Shown: piece by piece, positions 38,684 through 48,422 of the stretch
How positions within the stretch are numbered: the first letter of the stretch is position 1
Layout: each line of letters starts with the position of its first letter
Source: Limnochordia bacterium
Lineage (GTDB): Bacteria; Bacillota; Limnochordia; DUMW01
DNA: 64,000 bases
Assembly (NCBI GenBank): GCA_023230925.1
Contig: JALNWK010000006.1
Location: forward strand, 3,515-67,514
Reading direction: 5' to 3'
Notes under the pieces: generated by a model
The model's database searches: none
What the model saw: the letters and a program-made list of their open reading frames with translations, nothing else
Told to the model about the DNA's origin: nothing
Made by a program: the position numbers and the translations under genes

Positions 38684-39724
38684 TTGACCGATCTGATACC
38701 TTTAAAGGATCTATCAGTAGGAGCATTGGAAAGTCTACTAGAGGATTGGGGGTATCCCAAATATAGGGCCCGTCAGCTGATGAGGTGGATGTACCAGGAA
38801 AGAGAATCGGATTTTGCAAACATGACGGATTTGCCGTTGGAGTTACGCCAGCAGCTGAAAAAGGAGGCAGAGGCCAAACCGTTAAGGGCGCGGCAGAAAC
38901 GGAAGTCAAAGGACGGCACGATCAAATTTCTCCTTGAGGCCAATGACGGTCAAAAGATCGAGACTGTCCTAATTCCCGCGGAAGAGCAGAAGCGGACCAC
39001 GGTGTGCATTTCCAGCCAGGTAGGTTGTGCTATGGGTTGTTCAATTTGTGCAACGGGGAAGATGGGCTTTTCCAGGAATCTATCCTGTGGTGAGATTATA
39101 GAACAGGTTATTTTAGCTGAGCAGTATGCAAAGCAGTCAGTAACAAATATTGTGTTTATGGGGATGGGCGAACCTTTGGCCAACTATGAGGCAGTGCTCG
39201 AAGCTATTTTCGCCATGATTGATCCCGAACGACTGGCATTAGGGAGCAGACGGATCACGGTGTCGACCTGTGGGTTAGTGCCGCAAATGCGCAGGTTGGC
39301 CGATGAAAAGTTGCAGATTGGGTTGGCGATCTCCCTCCATGCGCCGGAGGATGGGCTGCGGGATCAGCTGGTACCAATCAACAAAAAGCACCCGATCAAA
39401 GAGGTCTTAGAGGCGGCATCTTACTATGTAAGCAAGACCAACCGTAGGGTTACTTTTGAATATGCGTTGATCGATGGGGTGAACGACAGCACAGTGCACG
39501 CAAGTAAATTGGGCGAGTTGTTGGTAGGTTTACTGTGCCATGTTAACCTCATTCCAGTGAACCCTGCCAACGGGTTTTCCCGATCTTCGGAGGAGGCAGT
39601 TCTCTCCTTCCAGGAAGTGGTTAGAAATGCGGGAATACCGGTTACCGTACGCTCTGAACGTGGGGTTGACATCAGTGCTGCCTGTGGGCAGCTGGCCATT
39701 GCCGCAGCGAGAGTGGAAAGGTGA
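38684..39724 (+). CDS. rlmN: 23S rRNA/tRNA m2A methyltransferase RlmN (radical SAM)
   Basis: CxxxCxxC radical-SAM motif (GCAMGCSIC) and MGMGEPLAN. TTG start with an AAGGTG RBS. Confidence 0.9.
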   Translation: MTDLIPLKDLSVGALESLLEDWGYPKYRARQLMRWMYQERESDFANMTDLPLELRQQLKKEAEAKPLRARQKRKSKDGTIKFLLEANDGQKIETVLIPAEEQKRTTVCISSQVGCAMGCSICATGKMGFSRNLSCGEIIEQVILAEQYAKQSVTNIVFMGMGEPLANYEAVLEAIFAMIDPERLALGSRRITVSTCGLVPQMRRLADEKLQIGLAISLHAPEDGLRDQLVPINKKHPIKEVLEAASYYVSKTNRRVTFEYALIDGVNDSTVHASKLGELLVGLLCHVNLIPVNPANGFSRSSEEAVLSFQEVVRNAGIPVTVRSERGVDISAACGQLAIAAARVER

Positions 39725-39730
39725 GCAAAC

Positions 39731-40489
39731 ATGTCCATGATTGAACGGGTGGAGACAGCACTAAAAACGTTCATGCATCGCCTATTCGGCACACGACTGC
39801 AAGGACCGTATATCCCTATTCAAATTGGTAAGGAGCTTTCTTTGGTGATGCAAAGACAGAGAAAGGTTAGTGTTAGCCGCATATATGTGCCGAATCGATA
39901 TGACGTCAGACTACATTCTGCGGACTTTGTGCATATAGAGCCGATCAAGCAGACCCTCGCCGAGGAAATGTGTCAGCATTTAGCGGGAATAGCCCAGCGG
40001 GAAGGATTACACTTCTTGTCCCTGCCGCAGGTTAGCTTTATACAGGAGGAGCAGCTTAAACCAGGTCATATCCATATCGAGACCTTCTTTGATGATGTGG
40101 AGTCTGGCTCAACAAGAAGGATTCCTGAGCTTGATGATACTTTGACCGATGAAGGGGAAGTGGATGAGGTAACGCGGATTTACGAGGGCGAATCCAGACC
40201 TTTCTTAGTATGTCTTTCCGGTGCTAAAGAGGATGTGCGCTATGGGTTGCCAAATCAGGGCAGATTTACCATTGGGCGTGAGCTAGACAATGATCTGGTG
40301 TTGGATGATCCTTGTGTCTCCCGCAAACACGCCCTGATTACCGTACATGGGGATCAGGTTACCTTGAAGGATTTAGGAAGTAGGAATGGTACTTACCTTA
40401 ACGACGTACGAATTGAGGAGGGCGACCTCACTCATGGTAGCAGGATCGTGATTGGTAACACGTTGCTGCGGTTTTCGGCAGGAGAGTAG
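39731..40489 (+). CDS. FhaA-like protein (DUF3662 N-terminal domain plus C-terminal FHA domain)
   Basis: N-terminal MSMIERVETALKTFMHRLFG resembles the DUF3662 start of actinobacterial FhaA. C-terminal FHA domain (FTIGRELDNDLVLDD..VSRKHALI...LKDLGSRNGTYLN). Confidence 0.65.
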   Translation: MSMIERVETALKTFMHRLFGTRLQGPYIPIQIGKELSLVMQRQRKVSVSRIYVPNRYDVRLHSADFVHIEPIKQTLAEEMCQHLAGIAQREGLHFLSLPQVSFIQEEQLKPGHIHIETFFDDVESGSTRRIPELDDTLTDEGEVDEVTRIYEGESRPFLVCLSGAKEDVRYGLPNQGRFTIGRELDNDLVLDDPCVSRKHALITVHGDQVTLKDLGSRNGTYLNDVRIEEGDLTHGSRIVIGNTLLRFSAGE

Positions 40490-40490
40490 G

Positions 40491-40967
40491 ATGTACCTAT
40501 TAATCTGGTTAGGACGTTTGGTTTTTCTTTATCTACTTTACCGGTTTCTATCGCAGTTCCTTCGAGTTTTGTCGAGGGATAATGGTGACTTAGGCCTAGT
40601 TTTTGTCAGAGGCGAACCGGCTTTGCCTCCGGTGGTATGTCGCAGGATCCTCCCAGAGAACGGGGAGCAGATGTCCTGTGAACAGAAGCAGGAGGTCGTT
40701 CCCGGAGAGTACCTACAGGCAGATACAATTAGTATGGGACGGGCGCCCTTAAATGATGTGCAACTGCGGGAAGCTGAAATCGCCTTGTTCCATCTGCGCA
40801 TTGAGAAACAAGAGGGATTCATAATCAGGAAAATAGATCGGAACCCCATATATCTCAACGGAGATCCGGTGGAAGAGGACGCTGTTCTTTCGTTAGGAGA
40901 TGTGCTTAGTATAGGAAGTTATCTTTTTGTGGTGGTGAAGGGTTTTGCGCATACGCGTAGGGGCTAG
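40491..40967 (+). CDS. membrane-anchored FHA-domain protein (FhaB/FipA-like)
   Basis: N-terminal TM helix (LLIWLGRLVFLYLLY), then an FHA domain (ISMGRAPLNDVQL...RKIDRNPIYLNGDPV). ATG at 40491 with a GGAGAGTAGG RBS. Confidence 0.6.
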   Translation: MYLLIWLGRLVFLYLLYRFLSQFLRVLSRDNGDLGLVFVRGEPALPPVVCRRILPENGEQMSCEQKQEVVPGEYLQADTISMGRAPLNDVQLREAEIALFHLRIEKQEGFIIRKIDRNPIYLNGDPVEEDAVLSLGDVLSIGSYLFVVVKGFAHTRRG

Positions 40968-41679
40968 GACCGATACTGGGCTGATGAGGTCCAATAACGA
41001 GGACGGGTACTTGGTGCGGGAATGGTTGTTTGCTGTGGCTGATGGAATGGGAGGTCACAGTGCAGGTGAGGTAGCTAGTTATCAAGCGTTACTTGGGCTC
41101 TCTGAGCTATGCAAGACTGATGGTATTCCCGGGGATGAAGGGGTTCTTGAGAATCATCTTCGTCAGGTCTTTGAGCGGGTTAATCAAGATGTACATAACC
41201 AAGCACGGGCTTGTCCAGGATGTGACGGTATGGGGACTACCTTGACGGCCATGGGGCTGACAGAACGAGGCTATGCCTATGCCCATGTAGGGGACAGTCG
41301 ATTGTACTTGTTTCGTGATGGTCTGCTAACACAGGTCACTTCTGATCATTCCCTAGTTGCGGAACTTGTGCGCAACGGTACGCTATCTAGGGCGGAAGCC
41401 TATGATCACCCCTTAAGCAATGTGCTCAGCCGGGCCATTGGCGTTGAGCCTGAGGTTAAGGTGGAAACTGGTCAGGGAGAGATCTATCCAGGGGATGTCT
41501 TTCTGCTTTGCACCGATGGGATCGCCGGACCTGTAGAGGACCGATGGGTATCGTCGCTCTTATCCGAGGAACTATCTCCACAGAGTAAGGCGGAGAAACT
41601 AGTAGAACGTGCCCTAGAACTAGGGAGCACGGATAACGTCACCGCCGTGGTAGTGCAGGTGGATAAGGACAAAGGATAA
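40945..41679 (+). CDS. PP2C-family Ser/Thr protein phosphatase (PrpC/PstP-like)
   Basis: TDTGLMRSNNEDG, ADGMGGH and DNVTAVVV motifs. 244 aa with no TM domain. Confidence 0.85.
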   Translation: MRIRVGARTDTGLMRSNNEDGYLVREWLFAVADGMGGHSAGEVASYQALLGLSELCKTDGIPGDEGVLENHLRQVFERVNQDVHNQARACPGCDGMGTTLTAMGLTERGYAYAHVGDSRLYLFRDGLLTQVTSDHSLVAELVRNGTLSRAEAYDHPLSNVLSRAIGVEPEVKVETGQGEIYPGDVFLLCTDGIAGPVEDRWVSSLLSEELSPQSKAEKLVERALELGSTDNVTAVVVQVDKDKG

Positions 41680-41737
41680 GGGAGCCTACTGTCTCTTGTA
41701 TCAAAAGCATAGAAACTAAAGGTGGACGGGACCTAGG

Positions 41738-42973
41738 ATGATAAAGATCCATGGAAAACTATTTGTCGACGCTATTTTAGTGGGAAGTCTGGGCATGTTT
41801 TCTGTGTGGCTGTTGCAGCCATTTAATCCTTGGTTCTTTCTGCTTTATATCGGTCCTACAGCAGTTGGGTTTTGCATGCTGTATGGGCGCCAGGATCGGA
41901 TTGATCCGTTGTTGTTTGCTCCGGCGGTCTTATTATGTGGAGTGGGACTAACCATGGTTGCGCGATTGGCTCCGGGACTGTTATGGCGACAGCTTGTGGC
42001 GTACCTAGTCGGGTTGTGCAGCTATCTGCTTCTTAGCATCTGGGGAGGTAGGATTCGGTGGGAACGGTTCGGATACTTGTGGGGCCTTCTGGGAGCTTTG
42101 CTGCTTTTAGGTACCTCGCTATTTGGTGTTCGGGTGGGCGGCAGTCGTGCCTGGATCCGCTTTCTTGGATTTAGCTTCCAACCGATAGAGCTTTTCAAAT
42201 TACTGTTGATCTTGTTTTTAGTTGCTTCTTTAACCGAGGAGAGTACCAGCATAGTCCTGCGCGAACGACGGGGCTTATTCGCCCATATGAGCCTGTGGGG
42301 GCCTTCGCTTTTGCTGTGGCTCCTGGGGGTACTTGCCCTAGGTATACAGCGGGATCTAGGTGGGATGATTTTGCTATCGGGGATCTTTTGGGGGACCATA
42401 TATGTGGCGGAGGGTCGCCTAGCTACCGTACTAATTGGGTTACTCTTGGGGTTAGGTGGTTTTACATTATCTTATTGCTTGTTTCCCCATGTACAATCAC
42501 GCCTGGGAAACTGGCTTGACCTGTGGCGCGGTGACCAAGTGTATCATCAACTGCAACAGGGACTCTTCGCGGCTGCTTCCGGTGGGTTTACGGGAACGGG
42601 CCTGGGCCTGGGACACCCTTACCTAATTCCCCAGGTACATACAGATTTTCCCCTGATGGCCATTTGGGAAGAACTGGGTTTACTAGGTGCTGTAGGTATT
42701 CTGGGTTTGTATATGCTCATGGTGGTCTATTTGTTTAAGAAGGCCATTAATTCATATTGTCTTCGGCACCGATTGCTCTGTGCCGGGGTAGCTGTGATGA
42801 TTGGCTTGCAGGTGTTACTAATTGCCGGGGGAAATCTAGGCCTGGTGCCCTTAACCGGCATTACCTTGCCCTTTATCAGCTACGGAGGTAGCTCAGTGAT
42901 TGTCCTTTGGTCGGCCCTTGGTTTGACCGGGGCGATACCAAGACTAAGGAGGCAGTGCCGATTAGAAGTCTGA
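41738..42973 (+). CDS. SEDS-family peptidoglycan glycosyltransferase (RodA/FtsW)
   Basis: 411 aa, 10 TM helices. QPIELFKLLLILFLV, DFPLMAIWEELG and ITLPFISYGGSS motifs. Confidence 0.85.
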   Translation: MIKIHGKLFVDAILVGSLGMFSVWLLQPFNPWFFLLYIGPTAVGFCMLYGRQDRIDPLLFAPAVLLCGVGLTMVARLAPGLLWRQLVAYLVGLCSYLLLSIWGGRIRWERFGYLWGLLGALLLLGTSLFGVRVGGSRAWIRFLGFSFQPIELFKLLLILFLVASLTEESTSIVLRERRGLFAHMSLWGPSLLLWLLGVLALGIQRDLGGMILLSGIFWGTIYVAEGRLATVLIGLLLGLGGFTLSYCLFPHVQSRLGNWLDLWRGDQVYHQLQQGLFAAASGGFTGTGLGLGHPYLIPQVHTDFPLMAIWEELGLLGAVGILGLYMLMVVYLFKKAINSYCLRHRLLCAGVAVMIGLQVLLIAGGNLGLVPLTGITLPFISYGGSSVIVLWSALGLTGAIPRLRRQCRLEV

Positions 42974-44334
42974 ATAATCTTCTGAAGCTGTTTACGGGAT
43001 GCTTCCTACTGATGATTCTAGCTGGGGGGTTCTTCCAAGTGCTCTGGGCCCCTTCCTTGGCAACGTCGGTGGGCAATCCTCGGGTACAGTTGGCCCGGGA
43101 ACAGATTCTTCGGGGAGGTATTTTCGATTATTCTGGGCGTGCCCTGGCACTGCCCGGTGACCACCAGATGCGTTACGTAGGCCCTATTTCCTTGGCTGCC
43201 ATTGTTGGGTACAGTGATCTCATTTTGGGACAGAGCGGCTTAGAGAAAGCCTATGATCGGGTCTTACTAGGACTGGATGGACTATCGTTCTACCTTTACC
43301 AGTGGCGGGTTCATCAAGGTCAGAGTCATTACGGGGGTCACATCATTACGACGATTGATTACGCGATGCAGCGGATTGCCGAAGAGGCCTTGGGCCAAAG
43401 GAAGGGTGCGGTGGTGATACTAGAGCCTAAAAGTGGTGCTATTAGAGCTTTGGTCTCCTTCCCGAGTTTTGATCCAAATCGGGTCTATGAAAAATGGTCG
43501 TTCCTCAGGGATGACAAAGACGCACCTCTACTACATCGAGCAGTCCAAGGGCTTTATCCTCCTGGTTCGGTTTTTAAGATGCTGATCTTGGCTGCCGCCT
43601 TGGAGGAAGGAGGAGTGCGGCTGGATACCACGTATATAGATCAAGGGGAGTTCAGGGTGGAGGGTTATCGACTAACAAATGCCTATACCACCCAACCGGG
43701 GCCGATTACTCTTATGCAGGCCTTTGCTAATTCCTCGAATGTGATCTTTGCACAATTGGCCTTGGAACTAGGAGAAAACAAGTTATTTGACTATGTAGAC
43801 AGGTTTGGTTTTGGTAACCTGCAGGGTCTACGGGTTGCCACCTCCCCGGCGAGGATCTTTCCGCCGGGTTCCAAAGCTGAGCTTGTGCAATTTGCCATTG
43901 GACAAGGTAACCAGTTGGTTACCCCTTTGGACATTGCGGTACTGACGGCGACAATTGCCACCGGTGGCCTACAATTCAAAGCCTTCTTGGTGCAAGAACT
44001 GGTTGATTCGTTTGGCGGAAGAAGACAACATGTAAAAGCTATGCCAGAACGGGTACTGAGTAGCTTCACCTCATACCAAGTTACACGGGCGATGCTCGGG
44101 GTGGTTGAGAATGGTACTGGAACAAGGGCCCAAGTCAAGGGAGTAAGTATTGCTGGAAAAACCGGAAGTGCTGAGAACCCCCATGGGAAACCCCACGCGT
44201 GGTTTACCTGTTTTGCACCAGCGGATGATCCGCAACTGGTTGTTACAGTCATTGTGGAGAATGCCGGGTCCGGTGGCCAGGTGGCTGCACCCATCGCCCA
44301 GGAGATCCTTGGGAGACTACTAGGTGGGGGATGA
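42907..44334 (+). CDS. class B penicillin-binding protein (PbpA-like transpeptidase)
   Basis: PBP dimerisation plus transpeptidase domains with SVFK (SxxK), SSN and KTGSA (KTG) motifs. The start is uncertain; GTG at 42955 gives less overlap with the upstream gene. Confidence 0.8.
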   Translation: MVGPWFDRGDTKTKEAVPIRSLNNLLKLFTGCFLLMILAGGFFQVLWAPSLATSVGNPRVQLAREQILRGGIFDYSGRALALPGDHQMRYVGPISLAAIVGYSDLILGQSGLEKAYDRVLLGLDGLSFYLYQWRVHQGQSHYGGHIITTIDYAMQRIAEEALGQRKGAVVILEPKSGAIRALVSFPSFDPNRVYEKWSFLRDDKDAPLLHRAVQGLYPPGSVFKMLILAAALEEGGVRLDTTYIDQGEFRVEGYRLTNAYTTQPGPITLMQAFANSSNVIFAQLALELGENKLFDYVDRFGFGNLQGLRVATSPARIFPPGSKAELVQFAIGQGNQLVTPLDIAVLTATIATGGLQFKAFLVQELVDSFGGRRQHVKAMPERVLSSFTSYQVTRAMLGVVENGTGTRAQVKGVSIAGKTGSAENPHGKPHAWFTCFAPADDPQLVVTVIVENAGSGGQVAAPIAQEILGRLLGGG

Positions 44335-44373
44335 GGAATATTCCTGTTTGTTGTATAATGTTGAAGGTAAGGG

Positions 44374-46389
44374 GTGGATGAATTGCTGGGAAGAGTCCTT
44401 GCTGACCGATACGAAATCGTTCAAGAAGTTGGATCCGGCGGAATGGCCGTGGTATACCTGGGCCAAGATCGCCTGCTCTGTCGACCTGTGGCTATTAAGA
44501 TTCTACGGGACGTCCATGCCAAAGATGAGGATTTCGTCCGTCGTTTTCGCCTCGAGGCCCAAGCGGCAGCCAGTCTTTCCCATCCTAATGTGGTTAATAT
44601 GTACGATGTTGGCGAGGAAAATGGTATTTACTACATCGTGATGGAATACCTGAATGGGACGGATCTTAAGACTCTGATTAGACAGTATGGGCAGTTTTCC
44701 GTTGGCCAGGGACTCTGGGTAGCGGCAGAGATAGCAAAGGCGTTGGAGCATGCTCATTCCCATAAGATCGTGCATAGGGACATTAAACCCCATAACATAA
44801 TTCTGACTAATGATGGTCGGATTAAGGTAACCGATTTTGGTATTGCCCGGGCCGTGAGTAGCTCTACCTTGACCCAAACAGGTTTTGTTCTCGGCTCTGT
44901 TCACTATTCATCCCCCGAGCAGGTCAGTGGTGGTCAGATTAGTGGGGCATCGGATCTGTATTCCTTGGGTGTGGTAATGTACGAAATGTTCACCGGTAGA
45001 TTACCCTTTGGGGGCGAAACCCCGGTGAGTATTGCTCTGAAACATCTGCGAGATCAGCCACCGTCCCTTAGAGAGTTGCGTGGGGATCTACCCGATGGAG
45101 TGGCATTGATTGTTGAGACGGCTATGGCAAAGGAGCCCAAAGATCGATATCCCAGTGCAGCAAGATTGTTACAGGCGATTCAAAAGACCGGGATGATGTC
45201 TTTGGGGTTTGCCTCGGAAGAAGCGCCGGAGCAGACGGCATTAATGGAAACAACGAAGGTCCTCGCCAGTGTAAATGGGGAGGAACTAGAACCGACGGAG
45301 ATGGTACCCGTTCAGCAAAAGAAAAAACGTTCTACAGGAGCTAGGTTTTTGACTGTTGTTGCAGTGCTCTTGGCCATAGGTGGGCTATCATGGGTAGGCT
45401 TGTTGCAGGCCCGAAAGATGATCTTCCCACCGGATTTGCCGGTTCCTGAGGTTTCCGGCCGTTCCCTAGAGGAGGCCAGTGAGATATTATCGGAGATGGG
45501 GTTTAAACCCAGTGTCGATGGACGAGTCTTTAGTCATGATGTGCCCGAAGGATGGGTAGTATCACAGAACCCCGTTGAAGGAAGAATCGTGAAGAAATGG
45601 CGAACAGTTGAACTGATTGTCAGTAAGGGCCCCCAGATGGTAGAGGTGCCAAATATTGTCGGATATTCTTTGCGGGATGCCGCATTGATGTTAGATGAAC
45701 AAGGTCTAAAGCTAGGTGTTCCCGAGGAGGAGATCAATGAACAGGCCGCAATAGATGAAGTCCTATTCCAGGAGCCGTCATCGGGCAGTGTTCCTGTAGG
45801 AAGTAGTATTAATGTAGTTATCGCCGTTCGGCAGAAGTCTACGGTTCTTTTGGTCCCTGATATCCGAGGATCATATCTGGACCAGGCGCAAAAGGACCTT
45901 GCAGAGTACGGGTTGTCCATTGGAAAAAGTTTTCCTGATTTCTCTGACGAAATCCCCCAAGGGATGATCATCGATCAGAACCCCCGACCCCAGGCTTCAG
46001 TACAAAAAGGGACCGCCATCGATGTAGTCTACAGTAACGGACCAAGGAATAGGCAAGAACCTAGGGAAGATGAAACAGGTGTTGGTACTCCACCAGTTCC
46101 ACCTGTAGGTGAGCTTGAACCCGGGGAGGATACAGATGCCCAAACGCCACCGGAAGCACCAAATGATGGGCAAAAGAGGGCGACAATATCCATTAGGGTA
46201 CCCGATGGGCCGCCCCAGGAGGTCTTGATTTTGGTGGTCGATGATATTCGGGTGGGGATTAAGCAAGTGATGCAGGCCATGGTGGATGGGGGCGAGACGA
46301 TTACCCGGGTGGTGGTTGGGTATGGTCCTGAAGTAAGGGTGCAAGTCTATTTGGGTGGTTGGTTAATCGAAGAGGAATACCTAAGGTAA
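44374..46389 (+). CDS. PASTA-domain Ser/Thr protein kinase (PknB/PrkC-like)
   Basis: Hanks kinase motifs (GSGGMAVVY, AIK, HRDIKPHNI, DFGIA). TM segment, three PASTA repeats and a C-terminal Pro-rich linker plus a small beta-domain. Confidence 0.9.
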   Translation: MDELLGRVLADRYEIVQEVGSGGMAVVYLGQDRLLCRPVAIKILRDVHAKDEDFVRRFRLEAQAAASLSHPNVVNMYDVGEENGIYYIVMEYLNGTDLKTLIRQYGQFSVGQGLWVAAEIAKALEHAHSHKIVHRDIKPHNIILTNDGRIKVTDFGIARAVSSSTLTQTGFVLGSVHYSSPEQVSGGQISGASDLYSLGVVMYEMFTGRLPFGGETPVSIALKHLRDQPPSLRELRGDLPDGVALIVETAMAKEPKDRYPSAARLLQAIQKTGMMSLGFASEEAPEQTALMETTKVLASVNGEELEPTEMVPVQQKKKRSTGARFLTVVAVLLAIGGLSWVGLLQARKMIFPPDLPVPEVSGRSLEEASEILSEMGFKPSVDGRVFSHDVPEGWVVSQNPVEGRIVKKWRTVELIVSKGPQMVEVPNIVGYSLRDAALMLDEQGLKLGVPEEEINEQAAIDEVLFQEPSSGSVPVGSSINVVIAVRQKSTVLLVPDIRGSYLDQAQKDLAEYGLSIGKSFPDFSDEIPQGMIIDQNPRPQASVQKGTAIDVVYSNGPRNRQEPREDETGVGTPPVPPVGELEPGEDTDAQTPPEAPNDGQKRATISIRVPDGPPQEVLILVVDDIRVGIKQVMQAMVDGGETITRVVVGYGPEVRVQVYLGGWLIEEEYLR

Positions 46390-46426
46390 CTAGCGTTGGT
46401 ATACCTGTGTGATGGGGAGGCACACG

Positions 46427-47308
46427 ATGCAAAAAGGCATTGTGATAAGGGCTATTGGTGGCTACTACTTTGTGCAAACGGAGCAAGGGCAAGTGTATCA
46501 GTGTTTGCTTCGGGGGAAGCTCAAACGGCAACACCAACGGATCCTGGTGGGTGATTGGGTGCATGCGCGGCCTACTTCCTCGTCCGAAGGGGTGATTGAG
46601 GAGGTTTTACCGCGGCGGCTGGAACTGTCTCGTCCACCGGTGGCCAATCTTGATATTTTGGTTGTTGTCAATTCTGTGGTCCATCCAAGTGTGAATTTAG
46701 TTCTTCTAGATCGGATCCTACTAGCTGCACGGCAACAAGGGCTGAGGTGTATTCTCTGCTGGAATAAGGTAGATCTAGAACAGGAAGATCCACAGTTATC
46801 GGGGTATATTCAGGCTTACTTGCAGCAAGGGTATGATTGTGTTAGAACCAGTGCGCTTACCGGAGAAGGAATAGACAGATTGATTGAGCTTCTATCGGGA
46901 TCTATGGCTGTTTTGACTGGTGATTCGGGAGTTGGAAAATCTGCCTTGCTCAATCGAGTACTAGGCCAAACGGTTCAGGAAGAAGGTGACATTAGCCAAC
47001 GGCTGAAGCGGGGTCGTCATACCACTAGGGAGGTTGTATTGTATCCCTTGGGTAATGGCGGGTTTATTGCCGATACACCGGGCTTTACTAGGATGCCGTT
47101 GGTTGGTGTTGAACCAGTTGTTTTAGAAGATTTCTTTTTCCGAGAGTATTTTTCCGGTTGTTACTACTCCGATTGCCGTCATCGAAATGAACCTGAATGC
47201 GCGGTAAAGGAAGCAGTTGCCAAAGGGGATATTCCGTCTTGGCGTTACGATAATTATCTGTTCCTTTTGGATGAGCTTGTTGACAGCCAAGAAGGGCAGT
47301 GGAAATGA
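46427..47308 (+). CDS. rsgA: ribosome small-subunit-dependent GTPase A (RsgA/CpgA/YloQ)
   Basis: OB-fold N-terminus, circularly permuted GTPase (NKVDL...GDSGVGKSAL) and a C-terminal zinc finger (C..C.H..EP.C). Confidence 0.85.
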   Translation: MQKGIVIRAIGGYYFVQTEQGQVYQCLLRGKLKRQHQRILVGDWVHARPTSSSEGVIEEVLPRRLELSRPPVANLDILVVVNSVVHPSVNLVLLDRILLAARQQGLRCILCWNKVDLEQEDPQLSGYIQAYLQQGYDCVRTSALTGEGIDRLIELLSGSMAVLTGDSGVGKSALLNRVLGQTVQEEGDISQRLKRGRHTTREVVLYPLGNGGFIADTPGFTRMPLVGVEPVVLEDFFFREYFSGCYYSDCRHRNEPECAVKEAVAKGDIPSWRYDNYLFLLDELVDSQEGQWK

Positions 47309-47318
47309 GGTAGAAACC

Positions 47319-47978
47319 TTGGTGAAAATAGCGCCTTCAATCTTGGCGGCTGATTTCGCCCATTTGGCGGAGGATGTTGCCAAGATTAGCAATGCAGATA
47401 TGCTCCATGTGGATATTATGGACGGTTCCTTTGTTCCTAATTTGACGATTGGCCCACCGGTGGTATCTGCCTTACGAAAGACTACGGACTTGGCCTTTGA
47501 CTGTCATCTGATGGTCAGTAACTGTGATGTATTGTTAGAGCCCCTCGCTGCAGCGGGAGCTGACTATGTTACTGTCCATGCCGAGGCCTGTGTCCATTTG
47601 CACCGTACGTTGATGTATATTAAGAAACTAGGGATGGGTTGTGGTGTTGCTCTTAACCCCTCAACACCGTTAACGAGTATCGAGTGGGTGTTGGATTTAC
47701 TTGATCTGGTCCTGATTATGACTGTCAACCCCGGTTTTGGCGGACAGAGCTTTATAACCCGTTCAGTGGAGAAGATTGCACGGCTCCAGGAGGAAATAAA
47801 GGTTCGAGGTCTGAAAACCCTGATTGCGGTGGATGGGGGAATCAACTTAGAGACGGCACCGGTAGTACATAGGGCCGGAGCAGACGTTCTGATCGCTGGT
47901 TCTTACGTTTTTTCTAGCCCTGATCCAGCGCTGGCGGTAGAACAATTACGGGCGGTGACGGATAAAGTGGGTAAATAG
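47319..47978 (+). CDS. rpe: ribulose-phosphate 3-epimerase
   Basis: VKIAPSILAADFA N-terminus, HVDIMDG and VNPGFGGQ motifs. TTG at 47319 after a GAGGT RBS. The track ORF is over-extended to 47217. Confidence 0.85.
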   Translation: MVKIAPSILAADFAHLAEDVAKISNADMLHVDIMDGSFVPNLTIGPPVVSALRKTTDLAFDCHLMVSNCDVLLEPLAAAGADYVTVHAEACVHLHRTLMYIKKLGMGCGVALNPSTPLTSIEWVLDLLDLVLIMTVNPGFGGQSFITRSVEKIARLQEEIKVRGLKTLIAVDGGINLETAPVVHRAGADVLIAGSYVFSSPDPALAVEQLRAVTDKVGK

Positions 47979-48028
47979 ATACTGGATTTACCCAGTAGAC
48001 AATACGAATCCAGGAGCATTTACTTCTT

Positions 48029-48054
48029 AACGTCCCGAAAGGGGCGTTTTCTTC
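48029..48054 (+). terminator. rho-independent terminator after rpe
   Basis: ACGTCCC-GAAA-GGGGCGT stem-loop followed by a TTTCTTC tract. Confidence 0.5.
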
Positions 48055-48095
48055 ATGCAATCTGGTACAGCAGAGCTAAACCCCAGATTAAGTAT

Positions 48096-48124
48096 TTGCA
48101 TACAGGGTGTAGAGGGGGTATAAT
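48096..48124 (+). promoter_or_regulatory. strong sigma-A promoter upstream of the Tad/Flp locus
   Basis: TTGCAT (48096-48101), exactly 17 nt, then TATAAT (48119-48124). Sits about 65 nt upstream of the first Flp pilin start. Confidence 0.6.
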
Positions 48125-48188
48125 AGGGTCGGACGTTGGACAGACTCACCTAATATACGGGCAGCCGTCCCAAGGGAGGGGAGGTGAT

Positions 48189-48341
48189 ATGGGGTCTTTT
48201 GGTGACAAGGGTCAGGCGGCAGCCGAATTTGCACTGCTGGCTGCCGCGTTGGCTACGGCATTGCTGCTAGTTAATCAACAGTTTACCCAAGCTCTCAATT
48301 TGTACTTTCAGAAGTTGTTTTATTTGCTTCAGCTTTCTTAG
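48189..48341 (+). CDS. Flp/Fap-family pilin (variant 1)
   Basis: 50 aa. GGGAGGGGAGGTG RBS then ATG. Leader MGSFGDKG, then QAAAEFALLAAALATALLLV, a Flp-like G/xxxxEF(Y) processing motif plus a hydrophobic helix. The track ORF starts inside the promoter and is rejected as over-extended. Confidence 0.55.
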   Translation: MGSFGDKGQAAAEFALLAAALATALLLVNQQFTQALNLYFQKLFYLLQLS

Positions 48342-48422
48342 CCTTGCGTATTTGAGCTGCGGGGTGAAAGGGGTGATGAATCGGTAGATAACCCAGCAGT
48401 ATCAAGGAGGAGGTGTTCATGC

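Noticed and set aside
45534-46564. Several antisense ORFs (145, 115, 83, 87 aa) inside or opposite the pknB and rsgA genes
   Set aside because: They lie on the opposite strand of strongly supported conserved genes. They lack RBSs and have Pro/Gly/His-rich low-complexity translations typical of reverse frames of GC-rich coding DNA.
48096-48341. 81-aa ORF from the track (MHTGCRGG...) as the first Tad gene
   Set aside because: Its 5' 93 nt overlap a consensus TTGCAT-17-TATAAT promoter and encode a Gly/Arg-rich low-complexity stretch with no RBS. The internal ATG at 48189 has a strong RBS and yields a Flp-like pilin, so the long form is an over-extension.
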